Positions 37,796 through 47,057 of a stretch of DNA of 64,000 nt are shown in pieces (the stretch's first letter is position 1; each line of letters starts with the position of its first letter). The stretch is from Candidatus Woesearchaeota archaeon (GTDB lineage: Archaea; Nanobdellota; Nanobdellia; Pacearchaeales; UBA284). A program made the position numbers and the translations under genes. The notes under the pieces were generated by a model that was given only the letters and a program-made list of their open reading frames with translations, had not been told where the DNA came from and did no database searches. The DNA lies in contig CAYUCT010000002.1 of the NCBI GenBank assembly GCA_964443565.1, positions 2,036 through 66,035 on the forward strand. The letters are read 5' to 3'.

Positions 37796-38281
37796 ATGGC
37801 AATAATAAAAAAAATATTGGAAAGAAGGAGAAGAATAGGAAAAACAGATTATGCTGCAAGATTAGCATTTTTAAAATCTGGAGAAAAAAGATTAGTTATA
37901 AGAAAAACAAATAGACATTTGGTTGCGCATATAATTGAAACAAAAAAATTAATTGATTATACTTTAATTTCCATCAATTCAAAGGAATTAGAAAAAGAAG
38001 GAATGAAAAATACAAATAATATAGTTTCAGCATATTTAGTAGGATATTTATTAGGAAAAAAAGCAATTAAACAAAATATTAAAAAATTAATTTTAGACCT
38101 GGGTTTACAAACATCAACAAAAGGTTCAAAATTATATGCCGTCGTAAAGGGGGCAATAGATGCAGGAGTAGAAATTCCTTGCGATAAAAAAATGTTTCCA
38201 AGTCAAGATAGAATTGATGGAAAACATCTAAAAGAAGACAAAACAAAGATAATAAATGAAATAAAAAACAAATTAAAATAA
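37796..38281 (+). CDS. rpl18: 50S ribosomal protein L18 (uL18, 5S rRNA-binding), located where L29 normally sits.
   Basis: RRRRIGKTDYAARLAFLKSGEKRLVIRKTNRHLVAHII aligns closely with archaeal uL18 (RRRRE.RTDY.QRLRLLKSGKPRLVARKSNKHV.AQL). Also ...LDLGL...TKGSKLYAVVKGAIDAG. Confidence 0.85.
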   Translation: MAIIKKILERRRRIGKTDYAARLAFLKSGEKRLVIRKTNRHLVAHIIETKKLIDYTLISINSKELEKEGMKNTNNIVSAYLVGYLLGKKAIKQNIKKLILDLGLQTSTKGSKLYAVVKGAIDAGVEIPCDKKMFPSQDRIDGKHLKEDKTKIINEIKNKLK

Positions 38282-38282
38282 A

Positions 38283-38612
38283 ATGGAAAAAATAGAAAAT
38301 AAAAAAGAAAATATTGAAAAAAAGAAAATTGAATGCACCGACGTAAAATGCCCATTTCACGGAAATTTAAAAATCCGAGGAAGATATTTTACGGGGAAAG
38401 TAAAAAAAGTTTTTCCTAAAAGAATTGTTGTTGAAATAGAGAGATTTATAAAAAACACAAAATATGAAAGATTTTCTAAATCAAAATCTAGATTTCATGC
38501 TTATTTACCCGAATGCGTAAAAAACCAAATCAATGTTGGAGATACTGTTACTGTCGGGGAAACAAGACAATTAAGCAAGATAATAAATTTTGTTTTTATT
38601 AAAAAACTTTAA
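38283..38612 (+). CDS. rps17: 30S ribosomal protein S17 (uS17).
   Basis: CPFHGNLKIRGRYFTGKV...VGDTVTVGETRQLSK matches uS17. Confidence 0.85.
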   Translation: MEKIENKKENIEKKKIECTDVKCPFHGNLKIRGRYFTGKVKKVFPKRIVVEIERFIKNTKYERFSKSKSRFHAYLPECVKNQINVGDTVTVGETRQLSKIINFVFIKKL

Positions 38613-38613
38613 A

Positions 38614-39015
38614 ATGAAATCAGTAAACGCAAGAGTAACTAATGGATTAAATTTAGGAAGTGAAATTAATTCCGCAGATAATAGTGGAGCCAAGAGAATA
38701 CGAATTGTTGGAATCAAGAGAGGAAAAGGAAGAAAAGGTAGACAACTTTCATGCGGAATAGGAGATCTTGTAAGAGTTAGTGTACGAAAAGGATTAAAAG
38801 AAATGAAAGGGCAGGTTTTTCTTGCAGTGATTGTAAGACAAAGAAAAGATTATAGGAGATTAACAGGAGAAAGAATTTGTTTTGAAGATAATGCTGCGGT
38901 TTTAGTAAAAGATGAAGACGGAAATCCAAAAGGAACACAAATAAAGGGGCCAATTTCAAGAGAATCTGCAGATAGATGGCCATTTGTAGCAAAAATTGCC
39001 ACAATGATAGTTTAA
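38614..39015 (+). CDS. rpl14: 50S ribosomal protein L14 (uL14). Start refined to MKSVNA rather than the upstream in-frame ATG of the ORF track.
   Basis: MKSVNARVTNGLNLGSEINSADNSGAK matches the uL14 N-terminus. Start lies 2 nt after the S17 stop. Confidence 0.85.
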   Translation: MKSVNARVTNGLNLGSEINSADNSGAKRIRIVGIKRGKGRKGRQLSCGIGDLVRVSVRKGLKEMKGQVFLAVIVRQRKDYRRLTGERICFEDNAAVLVKDEDGNPKGTQIKGPISRESADRWPFVAKIATMIV

Positions 39016-39044
39016 ATATTTAAAATAAAAAATACAAAAATAAA

Positions 39045-39458
39045 ATGGTAACAAAAAAATTTTCAAAAAGTTGGAATAGAAGCATACAAATAAGAAAACA
39101 AAGAAAATATCGAATAAATGCACCACATAATATTAAAAATAAATTAATCTCCTCACAATTAACAAAAAAACTTAAAGAAATCTATGGAAAAAGATCGATT
39201 TCATTAAGAAAAGGAGATATTGTAAAAATTATGGTTGGAGAATTTAAAGGAAAAAAAGGAAAAGTATCAAACATTTTCCCAAAACAAGAAAAAGTTTTTA
39301 TTGAAGGAATTGAAAAAACAAAAATAAATGGAACAAAATTTAATGTTTCAATACACCCTTCAAATTTACAAATTGAAGAATTAATCTTAACCGATAAAAA
39401 AAGAATAGTTAAAAAAACAAAACAAGAAATAAATAAAAATAAATTGGAGAAAAAATAA
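39045..39458 (+). CDS. rpl24: 50S ribosomal protein L24 (uL24).
   Basis: KOW motif KGDIVKIMVGEFKGKKGKV. Position. Confidence 0.85.
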   Translation: MVTKKFSKSWNRSIQIRKQRKYRINAPHNIKNKLISSQLTKKLKEIYGKRSISLRKGDIVKIMVGEFKGKKGKVSNIFPKQEKVFIEGIEKTKINGTKFNVSIHPSNLQIEELILTDKKRIVKKTKQEINKNKLEKK

Positions 39459-39460
39459 AG

Positions 39461-40105
39461 ATGTATCAAAAAAGAATTGCAATGCCAAAAAATTGGCAAA
39501 TGCCAAAGAAAGAAAAAAAATATGTAATTAATTCAAGAGCCGGGCAAAATAAAAATTATTCTGTACCAATATTGATTATCCTTAGAGATTTAGCAAAAGT
39601 GGTAAATAATACCAAAGAATGTAAAATTGCTTTGAAACAAGGAGATGTTTTAGTAAATAATAAAAAAATAACAGATACCAAATTTTCAGTAGGAATTTTA
39701 GATAAAGTGTATATAAAGAAAGAAGAAAAATATTTTATTTTAACATTAAATAATAAAGGAATTGTTTTAAAAGAAATATCTGCAAAAGATTATTCCACAA
39801 AAATAACCAAAATTATTAATAAAAGAATTTTAAAAGGAAAAAAAGTACAAATCAATTGTTTTGATGGAAGAAATTTTTTATGTAACAAAGAATTGAAAGT
39901 TGGAGACGGTCTTTTAATAGATACTGCAAAAAATGAAATAATAAAAGTTTTACCTTTAAAGAAAGGTGCAAAAATTTTTGCTATAAAAGGGAAACATATG
40001 GGAAAAGAAGGAATAGTTCAAGAAATTGAAGAAAAAGAAGCAAATGTTCTTTTTAATGACGAAAAAGCAAAAATAAGATTAGAAAGCCTAATGATTATTG
40101 AATAA
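39461..40105 (+). CDS. rps4e: 30S ribosomal protein S4e.
   Basis: KRIAMPKNWQMPKKEKKYV...VPILIILRD N-terminus and KOW-like segment. Position. Confidence 0.85.
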   Translation: MYQKRIAMPKNWQMPKKEKKYVINSRAGQNKNYSVPILIILRDLAKVVNNTKECKIALKQGDVLVNNKKITDTKFSVGILDKVYIKKEEKYFILTLNNKGIVLKEISAKDYSTKITKIINKRILKGKKVQINCFDGRNFLCNKELKVGDGLLIDTAKNEIIKVLPLKKGAKIFAIKGKHMGKEGIVQEIEEKEANVLFNDEKAKIRLESLMIIE

Positions 40106-40107
40106 GA

Positions 40108-40638
40108 ATGGCAAAAGAAAATAAGAATAAAAATGAGAACCCTATGAGGGAAATTACAATAGACAGCGTTACATTGCATTGTTCTACTGTTGAACCCGCA
40201 AAACTCGAAAAATGCATTAAATTACTTAAAATAATCACCGGAGTAACTCCTGTAAAAACCCTTGCAAGAAAAAGAATTCCAACATTTAAAATTCGTCCAG
40301 GATTAGAAATTGGATGTAAAACGACATTAAGAAAAGAAAAAGCAATAGAAGTTTTGAAAGCAGTGCTTGTCGGAGTTCCATCATTAAGAAAAAAACAATT
40401 TGGAGAAGGAATATTTGCCTTCGGAATTAAAGAATATATCGAAATCCCGTCTATTCCATATCAAAGAGACCTTGGAATGATTGGTTTTGAAGTCATGGTC
40501 ACATTAAAAAGAAAAGGTTTTAGAGTTTCTAAAAGAAAATTAAAAACAAGTAAAGTTGGAAGTTCACATAAAATTAGTAAAGAAGAAACAATAAACTTCT
40601 TTACAAAAAACTTTAACATACCATTAGAAGAAAAATAA
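40108..40638 (+). CDS. rpl5: 50S ribosomal protein L5 (uL5).
   Basis: NPMREITIDSVTLHCSTVEP... conserved block. Position. Confidence 0.85.
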   Translation: MAKENKNKNENPMREITIDSVTLHCSTVEPAKLEKCIKLLKIITGVTPVKTLARKRIPTFKIRPGLEIGCKTTLRKEKAIEVLKAVLVGVPSLRKKQFGEGIFAFGIKEYIEIPSIPYQRDLGMIGFEVMVTLKRKGFRVSKRKLKTSKVGSSHKISKEETINFFTKNFNIPLEEK

Positions 40639-40692
40639 AAAAATCATTAAAAAAATATAATAAATAAATTAAAAACAAATAAAAAAACAAAA

Positions 40693-40923
40693 ATGACTGC
40701 AAGTGATTGGAAAAAGATGTTTAAACAATTGGACTCTAAACCAGCTATTAAATCTAGATACATAAAGTTTTGTAAACCAAAAGATAGGACTACTGGAATT
40801 GCAAAACAAAAATGTGTACGATGTGGAAGATTCGGAGCCCATTTAAATCAATATGGATTACATCTTTGCCGACATTGTTTTAGAGAAATTGCAGAAAAAA
40901 TTGGATTTAAAAAATATCACTAG
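40693..40923 (+). CDS. rps14: 30S ribosomal protein S14 type Z (uS14), zinc-binding.
   Basis: [25 protein letters not shown] Cys4 motif. Position. Confidence 0.85.
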   Translation: MTASDWKKMFKQLDSKPAIKSRYIKFCKPKDRTTGIAKQKCVRCGRFGAHLNQYGLHLCRHCFREIAEKIGFKKYH

Positions 40924-40932
40924 GAGGAAAAA

Positions 40933-41319
40933 ATGGTAGTAAGAGATTGGTTAAGCGCAACATTGAATGATTTTATGAATTGCAAAAAGGCAGGAAAAAA
41001 AGAGACCGTAATTATGCCTGTATCTAAATTAATTGTAAATGTATTAAAAATTCTTCAAAAACACGAATATGTTAAAGAATATAAAATTGAAGAAGGAAAA
41101 TTCCAAAGAATAATTGTTTCATTAGGAAGAATAAATAATTGCAAAGCAGTAAAACCAAGATTTTATGTAAAAAAAGATGAATTTGAAAAATATATTCAAA
41201 GATACTTGCCTGCAAGAGATTTTGGTATTTTGATTATCTCAACGAGCAAGGGATTAATGACCCATAAAGAAGCAATGGAAATGGGTATTGGCGGGAGTGT
41301 TATAGCTTATTGTTATTAA
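40933..41319 (+). CDS. rps8: 30S ribosomal protein S8 (uS8).
   Basis: Position and conserved C-terminus (GILIISTSKGLMTHKEAMEMGIGGSVIAYCY). Confidence 0.85.
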   Translation: MVVRDWLSATLNDFMNCKKAGKKETVIMPVSKLIVNVLKILQKHEYVKEYKIEEGKFQRIIVSLGRINNCKAVKPRFYVKKDEFEKYIQRYLPARDFGILIISTSKGLMTHKEAMEMGIGGSVIAYCY

Positions 41320-41326
41320 ATATAAA

Positions 41327-41872
41327 ATGAAAAAAGAAATTAAAAAAACAATTCAAATTCCAGAAGGAGTCCAAGCAGATATTAATCTAACAACAGTTAA
41401 AATTTCTGGACCAAAAGGAACAGTAGAAAAAGAATTTAAAACAAAAATTATCAAAATTGAAAAAGAAGATAGAAAAATTATAATAAAAAAAGAAAAAGCA
41501 AATAAAAAAGAAAAAACACTGATTGGAACAATAGAAAGCATAATCAATGGAATGATTAAGGGAGTTCAAGAAGAATATTTATATGAAATACAAATCTGTT
41601 CAGTTCACTTTCCAATGAATGTAAAATTGGAAGGAAATAAAATAGTTATTAAAAACTTTTTTGGAGAAAACAAAGATAGAATTGTAAACCTTCCAAAAGG
41701 AGTTAAAGTGAAAATAGATGGAGACATAATTGGAATCACTTCTCCTGACAAAGAATTAGCAGGAAACACAGCCACACTTTGTGAACAATCAACAAGATTA
41801 ACAAAAAGGGATAGAAGAATATTTCAAGACGGATTATGGATTATAACTAAACAAAAAGGGAGACACACTTAA
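41327..41872 (+). CDS. rpl6: 50S ribosomal protein L6 (uL6).
   Basis: Position; duplicated alpha/beta domain pattern (VKISGPKGTVEKEF...). Confidence 0.85.
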   Translation: MKKEIKKTIQIPEGVQADINLTTVKISGPKGTVEKEFKTKIIKIEKEDRKIIIKKEKANKKEKTLIGTIESIINGMIKGVQEEYLYEIQICSVHFPMNVKLEGNKIVIKNFFGENKDRIVNLPKGVKVKIDGDIIGITSPDKELAGNTATLCEQSTRLTKRDRRIFQDGLWIITKQKGRHT

Positions 41873-41873
41873 A

Positions 41874-42449
41874 ATGGTAGAAAAAGAAAAATTATTACAA
41901 GTAAGAAAAATACAAAAGAAAAGAAAACCAAAATTTTATAGAAAAGATTCTTTTAAACTTTCAAGATTAGGAAAAGGAAGAAAAAAGAAATTAAAATGGA
42001 GAATGCCAACAGGAAAACATAGTAAAGTTAGAGAAAAAGAAAAAAGTTATCCTATTCAACCATCTATCGGATTCAGATCCCCTAAAAAGATAAGAGGATT
42101 TGTTCAAGGATTAAAAATAAAATTTGTTTCAAATTTAAAAGAATTGGAAATCATAAATAAAAATGAAGAGATTGCAATAATTAGAAATGTGGGATTGAGA
42201 AAGAAAAAAGAAATTTTACAAAAAGCAAAAGATAAGGGAATAATGGTATATGCAACAGACATAGAAAAAGGAATTTTAATGATTAATAAAAAAATTGAAA
42301 CTCAACAGAAAAAAAAAGAAGAAAGAAAAAATAAGAAAAAAATAAAATCTGAAAAAAAGATTGAAACAAAACCCGAAGAAAAAAAAGAAATAGTAAATAA
42401 AGAAAAAATTGAAGAAATAAAAGAAATTAAAGAAACAAAAAAAGTATAA
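41874..42449 (+). CDS. rpl32e: 50S ribosomal protein L32e with a ~60-aa K/E-rich C-terminal extension.
   Basis: RKKRKPKFYRKDSFKLSRLGKGRKKKLKWRMPTGKHSKVR matches L32e. Tail QQKKKEERKNKKKIKSEKKIETKPEEKKE... Confidence 0.85.
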   Translation: MVEKEKLLQVRKIQKKRKPKFYRKDSFKLSRLGKGRKKKLKWRMPTGKHSKVREKEKSYPIQPSIGFRSPKKIRGFVQGLKIKFVSNLKELEIINKNEEIAIIRNVGLRKKKEILQKAKDKGIMVYATDIEKGILMINKKIETQQKKKEERKNKKKIKSEKKIETKPEEKKEIVNKEKIEEIKEIKETKKV

Positions 42450-42450
42450 A

Positions 42451-42885
42451 ATGAAAACCTTAAAATTACAAAAGAGATTATCTGCAGAAATATTAGGTGT
42501 AGGAATAAACTCGGTGATATTTGATGAAGATAAATTAAACGAAATAAATGAAGCTATAACAAATCAGGATATTAAACAATTAATTAAAGAAGGAGCAATT
42601 AAAAAAAGACCAAACTTAGGAATAAAAAGAAGGGCAGGAAAAATTAGGGATAAAAGAAAGAAAAAAGGAAGAAGACGAAGGGCAGGAAAAATTAGAAAAA
42701 AAGTATATGATAGAAAAGGAGATTATATTAAAGAAATAAGAGTAATTCGAAAATATTTAGAAAATCAAAGAGAAGCAGGAAAAATCTCAAATATTCAATA
42801 TAAAACAATAAGAAATCTTGCAAAATCTGGGAAAATAACAAATAAAAGAGAATTGATAAACCATCTAAAAGAACATATTAAATAA
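42451..42885 (+). CDS. rpl19e: 50S ribosomal protein L19e.
   Basis: MKTLKLQKRLSAEILGVGINSVIFDEDKLNEINEAITNQDIKQLIKEGAIKKRP matches the L19e N-terminus. Confidence 0.85.
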   Translation: MKTLKLQKRLSAEILGVGINSVIFDEDKLNEINEAITNQDIKQLIKEGAIKKRPNLGIKRRAGKIRDKRKKKGRRRRAGKIRKKVYDRKGDYIKEIRVIRKYLENQREAGKISNIQYKTIRNLAKSGKITNKRELINHLKEHIK

Positions 42886-42907
42886 AAAAAATTGAATGAC
42901 ATGAAAA

Positions 42908-43120
42908 ATGGCAATAATAAAAAAATCAGAAATTAAAAAAATGAATAATGCTGAAGCAGAACAGAAAGTTAAAGATTTAAAATTAGAACTTTTAAAAATA
43001 AAATCCCAAAAAGCAACCCAAAGCTCAACTGGAACAAAAAAAGCAAAAGAAATTAAAAAAACGGTTGCAAGAATTAAAACATTAATAAACCGTAAAACCG
43101 ATAAAATTAATACTAAATAA
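42908..43120 (+). CDS. rpl29: 50S ribosomal protein L29 (uL29), located where L18 normally sits.
   Basis: MAIIKKSEIKKMNNAEAEQKVKDLKLELLKIKSQKATQ...AKEIKKTVARIKTLINRK matches uL29. Confidence 0.8.
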   Translation: MAIIKKSEIKKMNNAEAEQKVKDLKLELLKIKSQKATQSSTGTKKAKEIKKTVARIKTLINRKTDKINTK

Positions 43121-43121
43121 T

Positions 43122-43418
43122 ATGGAAATTTGCCCAAAATGTGGATTACCAATTGCGGCATGTATCTGCAATGAATTATCCAAAAATAGCCAAAAAGTAA
43201 AAATAGAAAAGATTAAAAGACGATTTGGTAAAATTGTCACGATGGTTTCCGGAATAGATGATAACGGAAAAGATGTTGCAAAAAAATTGAAAGAAGAATT
43301 GGCTTGTGGGGGGACATATAAAAACCAAATTATTGAATTGCAAGGAGACCATGCTAAAAAAACAAAAGAAATATTAATAAGGTTAGGATTTAATCAAGAA
43401 AATATTGAAGATAGATAA
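43122..43418 (+). CDS. Translation initiation factor SUI1 (aSUI1/eIF1 homolog) with an N-terminal zinc ribbon.
   Basis: CPKCGLPIAACIC...RRFGKIVTMVSGIDD...ELACGGTYKNQIIELQGDHAKKTKEILIRLGF matches the SUI1 core. Confidence 0.8.
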   Translation: MEICPKCGLPIAACICNELSKNSQKVKIEKIKRRFGKIVTMVSGIDDNGKDVAKKLKEELACGGTYKNQIIELQGDHAKKTKEILIRLGFNQENIEDR

Positions 43419-43435
43419 AATTTAAAAAAATAAAA

Positions 43436-44149
43436 ATGGAAAAAGAAAACAAAAACAATTTCAGAAAAAAAAGATCCAAAGATGGTTCTAAAGATAAATT
43501 TAGAAAAGAAGAAATCATAGAATGGATTCCAAAAACAGAATTGGGACGAGAAGTCATGGCAGGAAAAATTAAAACCATAGACGAAATAATTGAGCAAAAC
43601 AAAAAAATATTTGAATCTGGAATTGTAGATCATTTAATTCCCAATTTAGACATGGAACTTATTAATATTGGCCAAGCTAAAGGAAAATTTGGAGGAGGAA
43701 AAAGACGTCCTTGGAGACAAACACAAAAGAAAACTTGTGAAGGAAATGTTCCAACTTTCTCTTGTCTCGTTGTTGTCGGAGATCAAAATGGCCATGTGGG
43801 ATTAGGTTTAGGAAAAGCAAAAGAAACAATACCTGCAAAAGGAAAAGCAATTAAAAATGCAAAAGTAAATCTTGTGCAAATAAATCGTGGGTGCGGGAGT
43901 TTCCATTGTACATGTAATGAAAAACATAGTATCCCCTTTGAAGTAAAAGGAAAATGTGGGAGTTCAAAGATTGTTTTAATGCCTGCCCCAAAAGGAACAG
44001 GACTTGCAATAGACGGAGAATGTAAAAAAATATTAAAACTTGCAGGAATTAAGGATGTATATAGTAAAACTTATGGACAAACAAGAACAAAAATAAATCT
44101 TGCTAGGGCTTGCATGGATGCACTTCAAAAATTAAATAAATTTATTTAA
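43436..44149 (+). CDS. rps5: 30S ribosomal protein S5 (uS5).
   Basis: EWIPKTELGREVMAGKIKTIDEI...FSCLVVVGDQNGHVGLGLGKAKE dsRBD-like and conserved blocks. Confidence 0.85.
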   Translation: MEKENKNNFRKKRSKDGSKDKFRKEEIIEWIPKTELGREVMAGKIKTIDEIIEQNKKIFESGIVDHLIPNLDMELINIGQAKGKFGGGKRRPWRQTQKKTCEGNVPTFSCLVVVGDQNGHVGLGLGKAKETIPAKGKAIKNAKVNLVQINRGCGSFHCTCNEKHSIPFEVKGKCGSSKIVLMPAPKGTGLAIDGECKKILKLAGIKDVYSKTYGQTRTKINLARACMDALQKLNKFI

Positions 44150-44157
44150 AAAACAAA

Positions 44158-44598
44158 ATGACAAAAATAATTTTAGTAAGAATACGAGGAATGGTTAATG
44201 TAGATTTTAGAATAGAAACAACTTTAGATTTATTAAGATTAAGAAAAAAATTTTCTTGCGTATTAATTGAAAACAAAAAAGAATATTTAGGAATGATTGA
44301 AAAAGCAAAAGATTATATTGCTTATGATGAAATAGATTTAGAAACATTAAAACTTTTATTATTAAAAAGAGCAAGATTACCGGGAAATAAAAATCCAAAT
44401 TTTGATGAAAAAACCGCCGAAGAAAATGCTAAAAAATTAATGGAAAATAAAATAACATTAGAAGAATTAAAGTTAAAACCTTTCTTTATGTTACACCCAC
44501 CAAGAGGGGGGTTTAAGGGAACAACAAAACAAGCTTGGCCAAAAGGAGTATTAGGTAAAAACAAAGATCTTAATAAATTAATACAAAAAATGCTTTAA
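44158..44598 (+). CDS. rpl30: 50S ribosomal protein L30 (uL30, archaeal long form).
   Basis: MTKIILVRIRGMVNVDFRIETTLDLLRLRKKFSCVLIENKKEYLGMI pattern. Position. Confidence 0.8.
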   Translation: MTKIILVRIRGMVNVDFRIETTLDLLRLRKKFSCVLIENKKEYLGMIEKAKDYIAYDEIDLETLKLLLLKRARLPGNKNPNFDEKTAEENAKKLMENKITLEELKLKPFFMLHPPRGGFKGTTKQAWPKGVLGKNKDLNKLIQKML

Positions 44599-44631
44599 AC
44601 ACTTAAATAAAAAAACATTTATAAAAATAAA

Positions 44632-45084
44632 ATGGCAACGAAAAGAGCAAAAAGATCTAGAATACGAGGAAGTACTACTTGTGGTTATGGATATAAAAAG
44701 AAACACAGGGGGAAAGGAAGTAAGGGTGGAAAAGGAATGTCTGGAACAGGAAAAAGATCTGGGCAAAAACATACTTATGTATTAAAATATTTTCCAGATT
44801 ATTTTGGAAAAAGAGGATTCACTACTGAAAAAAATACTAAAATAAAATTAAGAGTAATTAATTTATCAGATATCCAAGAAAAATTAAACACTTTTTTAAA
44901 ACAAGGAATTGCAAAAAAAAGTGGTTCAACTATCGAAATAGATTTAACAGGATTTAAAATTCTTTCAGGTGGTTCTATTGAAGATAAAATAAAAATTAAG
45001 GCTTCTTCATTCTCAGAAAAAGCAATTGAAAAATTAAAAAAAGCTGGTTGTATGATAGATAATTTCAAAGAAGTCTCAAATTAA
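44632..45084 (+). CDS. rpl15: 50S ribosomal protein L15 (uL15).
   Basis: KRSRIRGSTTCGYGYKKKHRGKGSKGGKGMSGTGKRSGQKH Gly/Lys-rich N-terminus. Confidence 0.85.
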   Translation: MATKRAKRSRIRGSTTCGYGYKKKHRGKGSKGGKGMSGTGKRSGQKHTYVLKYFPDYFGKRGFTTEKNTKIKLRVINLSDIQEKLNTFLKQGIAKKSGSTIEIDLTGFKILSGGSIEDKIKIKASSFSEKAIEKLKKAGCMIDNFKEVSN

Positions 45085-45181
45085 ATAAGATAGAAATTAA
45101 TAAAAAATATTTATATATCCTTTTTTATATATTTATTAAGTAAATTAAAGAAGAAAATAATTAATATTATCTAAGAAAAAA

Positions 45182-46552
45182 ATGGTTTTTAAAAAATTGA
45201 TTGAAAATTTGCCAGAAGTTAAAGGACCAAAAGAGAAACCCTCATTTGGAAATAGATTAAAATGGACAATTTTTATGTTAATATTCTTTTTTATTTTATC
45301 AAATATCCCACTTTATGGTTTGAGTGAAAATGCATTATCCCAATTTGAATATTTATCTATTATCTTAGGAGCAAGTTTTGGAAGTGTCATGAGTTTAGGT
45401 ATCGGGCCAATTGTTACTGCATCAATAGTATTGCAATTATTATTGGGGGCAGGACTTGTAAATATTAATGTTAAAACCCACGAAGGAAAAAGACTTTATC
45501 AGGGTATTCAAAAAATGACTGCAATCTTTTTTACAATTTTTGAAGCGTTGATTTACGTTTTAATGAGGGGATTAGAAGCTTCTCCTGGATTAGAGTTTAT
45601 ATTAATATTTCAATTATTTTTGGGTGGACTTGCGGTTATTTTAATGGATGAAGTCATCGGAAAATATGGGTTTGGAAGCGGGATAAGTTTATTTATTGTT
45701 GGGGGAGTTGCTTGGCAATTGTGTGTAAGAACATTTAATTTTATTGGACCAGAAAAAACAATCCAACCAATTGGAAAAATTCCTGTTTTAATTACTTCAA
45801 TTATTAACTCGGATGCAATCGGTGCAATTTCCGCACTGGTAGCAATCATTGCAACTATACTTATTTTTTTAATAGTAATTTATGTTCAATCTATAAAAGT
45901 AGAAATCCCCTTATCTTTTGGAAGAGTAAGAGGTTTTGGAATTAGATGGCCATTATCATTTTTATACACCAGTAACATCCCTGTCATCTTAACCGCAGCA
46001 CTCCATGCAAATTTTCAACTTTTTGCTACACTTGCACAAAAAGCTACAGGACATGCAACATTTTTAGGGGGATTTAATAGTTCGGGTGTTATAACTTCGG
46101 GATTAGTTTATTGGATTTCCGCACCAAGCGGGGGAATTTTAGATAGCATTATCACTGGATCATTTTCATGGATTATGTTAATACAATCTTTGGGATATAT
46201 TATTTTTATGGTTCTTGGTTCAATAATGTTTTCTATATTTTGGATGAAAACTTCTGGAATGGATGCACAAAGTCAGGCAAAACAATTATCTGCTAGCGGA
46301 ATGGGGGTCCCAGGATTTAGAAAAGATAATCGTATTTTTGAAAGCATTTTAGAGAGATATATTTTGCCATTAACAATTATGGGGGGGGCAGCAGTTGGAT
46401 TGCTAGCTGCGTTAGCAGACATAACCGGAGCATTAGTAAGAGGAACAGGACTATTATTAAGTGTAATGATTATTTACAAAATGTATGAAGAAATTGCACA
46501 ACAATATGCCATGGATTCAAATCCAATTGCAAAAAAAATGATTTCAATTTAA
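45182..46552 (+). CDS. secY: Preprotein translocase subunit SecY (Sec61 alpha).
   Basis: 10-TM profile, conserved plug and ring segments. Position after L15. Confidence 0.9.
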   Translation: MVFKKLIENLPEVKGPKEKPSFGNRLKWTIFMLIFFFILSNIPLYGLSENALSQFEYLSIILGASFGSVMSLGIGPIVTASIVLQLLLGAGLVNINVKTHEGKRLYQGIQKMTAIFFTIFEALIYVLMRGLEASPGLEFILIFQLFLGGLAVILMDEVIGKYGFGSGISLFIVGGVAWQLCVRTFNFIGPEKTIQPIGKIPVLITSIINSDAIGAISALVAIIATILIFLIVIYVQSIKVEIPLSFGRVRGFGIRWPLSFLYTSNIPVILTAALHANFQLFATLAQKATGHATFLGGFNSSGVITSGLVYWISAPSGGILDSIITGSFSWIMLIQSLGYIIFMVLGSIMFSIFWMKTSGMDAQSQAKQLSASGMGVPGFRKDNRIFESILERYILPLTIMGGAAVGLLAALADITGALVRGTGLLLSVMIIYKMYEEIAQQYAMDSNPIAKKMISI

Positions 46553-46601
46553 TACAGCCTAACAAATATTTAAATTAAAACTAAAAAAATCTAAAAATAA
46601 A

Positions 46602-47057
46602 ATGATAACTTGGTTAGTTAATTTTGTTGAATGGAGTCCTTTGCTTAGTATTATACTTTTTTCATTTATTATTTCTTTTTTAATAAATTGGGTATATTCT
46701 TTAGTAATGGATAAAGAAAAAAATAAAAGATTAAAAGAAAAACAAAAAGAACTTCAAGAGGAGATTAAAAAAAATAAAGATGATCCTAAAAAATTAGGAG
46801 AAATTCAGGGAGAGATGATGCAAAATAGTTCTGAATTATTAAAAATGACGTTTAAACCCATGCTAATTACGACCGGACCATTACTTTTAATATTCTATTT
46901 TTTAAAAACATTATATGTTGAATGGGCGCAAATCGGAAATATTATTCCTTGGGGAAAACCAATTCCCATTTTTGGGGATGGGGCCGGATGGTTCTTATGC
47001 TATATTGTCTTTGGAATGATTTTTAGCATACTAACTAAGAAGATTTTTAAACTATAA
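46602..47057 (+). CDS. DUF106-family membrane protein (archaeal Oxa1/YidC/EMC3-like insertase candidate): TM1, cytosolic K/E-rich coiled-coil hairpin, TM2, TM3.
   Basis: Topology read from sequence. This family classically sits immediately downstream of secY (via adk) in archaea. Confidence 0.5.
   Translation: MITWLVNFVEWSPLLSIILFSFIISFLINWVYSLVMDKEKNKRLKEKQKELQEEIKKNKDDPKKLGEIQGEMMQNSSELLKMTFKPMLITTGPLLLIFYFLKTLYVEWAQIGNIIPWGKPIPIFGDGAGWFLCYIVFGMIFSILTKKIFKL

Noticed and set aside
38590-38613. Upstream in-frame ATG for L14 (MFLLKNFK...)
   Set aside because: Overlaps the end of S17. The uL14 N-terminus aligns from MKSVNARV at 38614, so the downstream start is preferred.
36165-45849. Numerous 60-100-aa ORFs on the minus strand within the ribosomal cluster (e.g. 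36165-36383, 37382-37684, 38079-38360, 39182-39499, 41353-41569, 42865-43161, 43390-43633, 44207-44772, 44799-45068, 45610-45849)
   Set aside because: All are antisense to, or out of frame with, strongly supported r-protein genes. They are hydrophobic and Phe-rich, as expected from AT-rich antisense frames.
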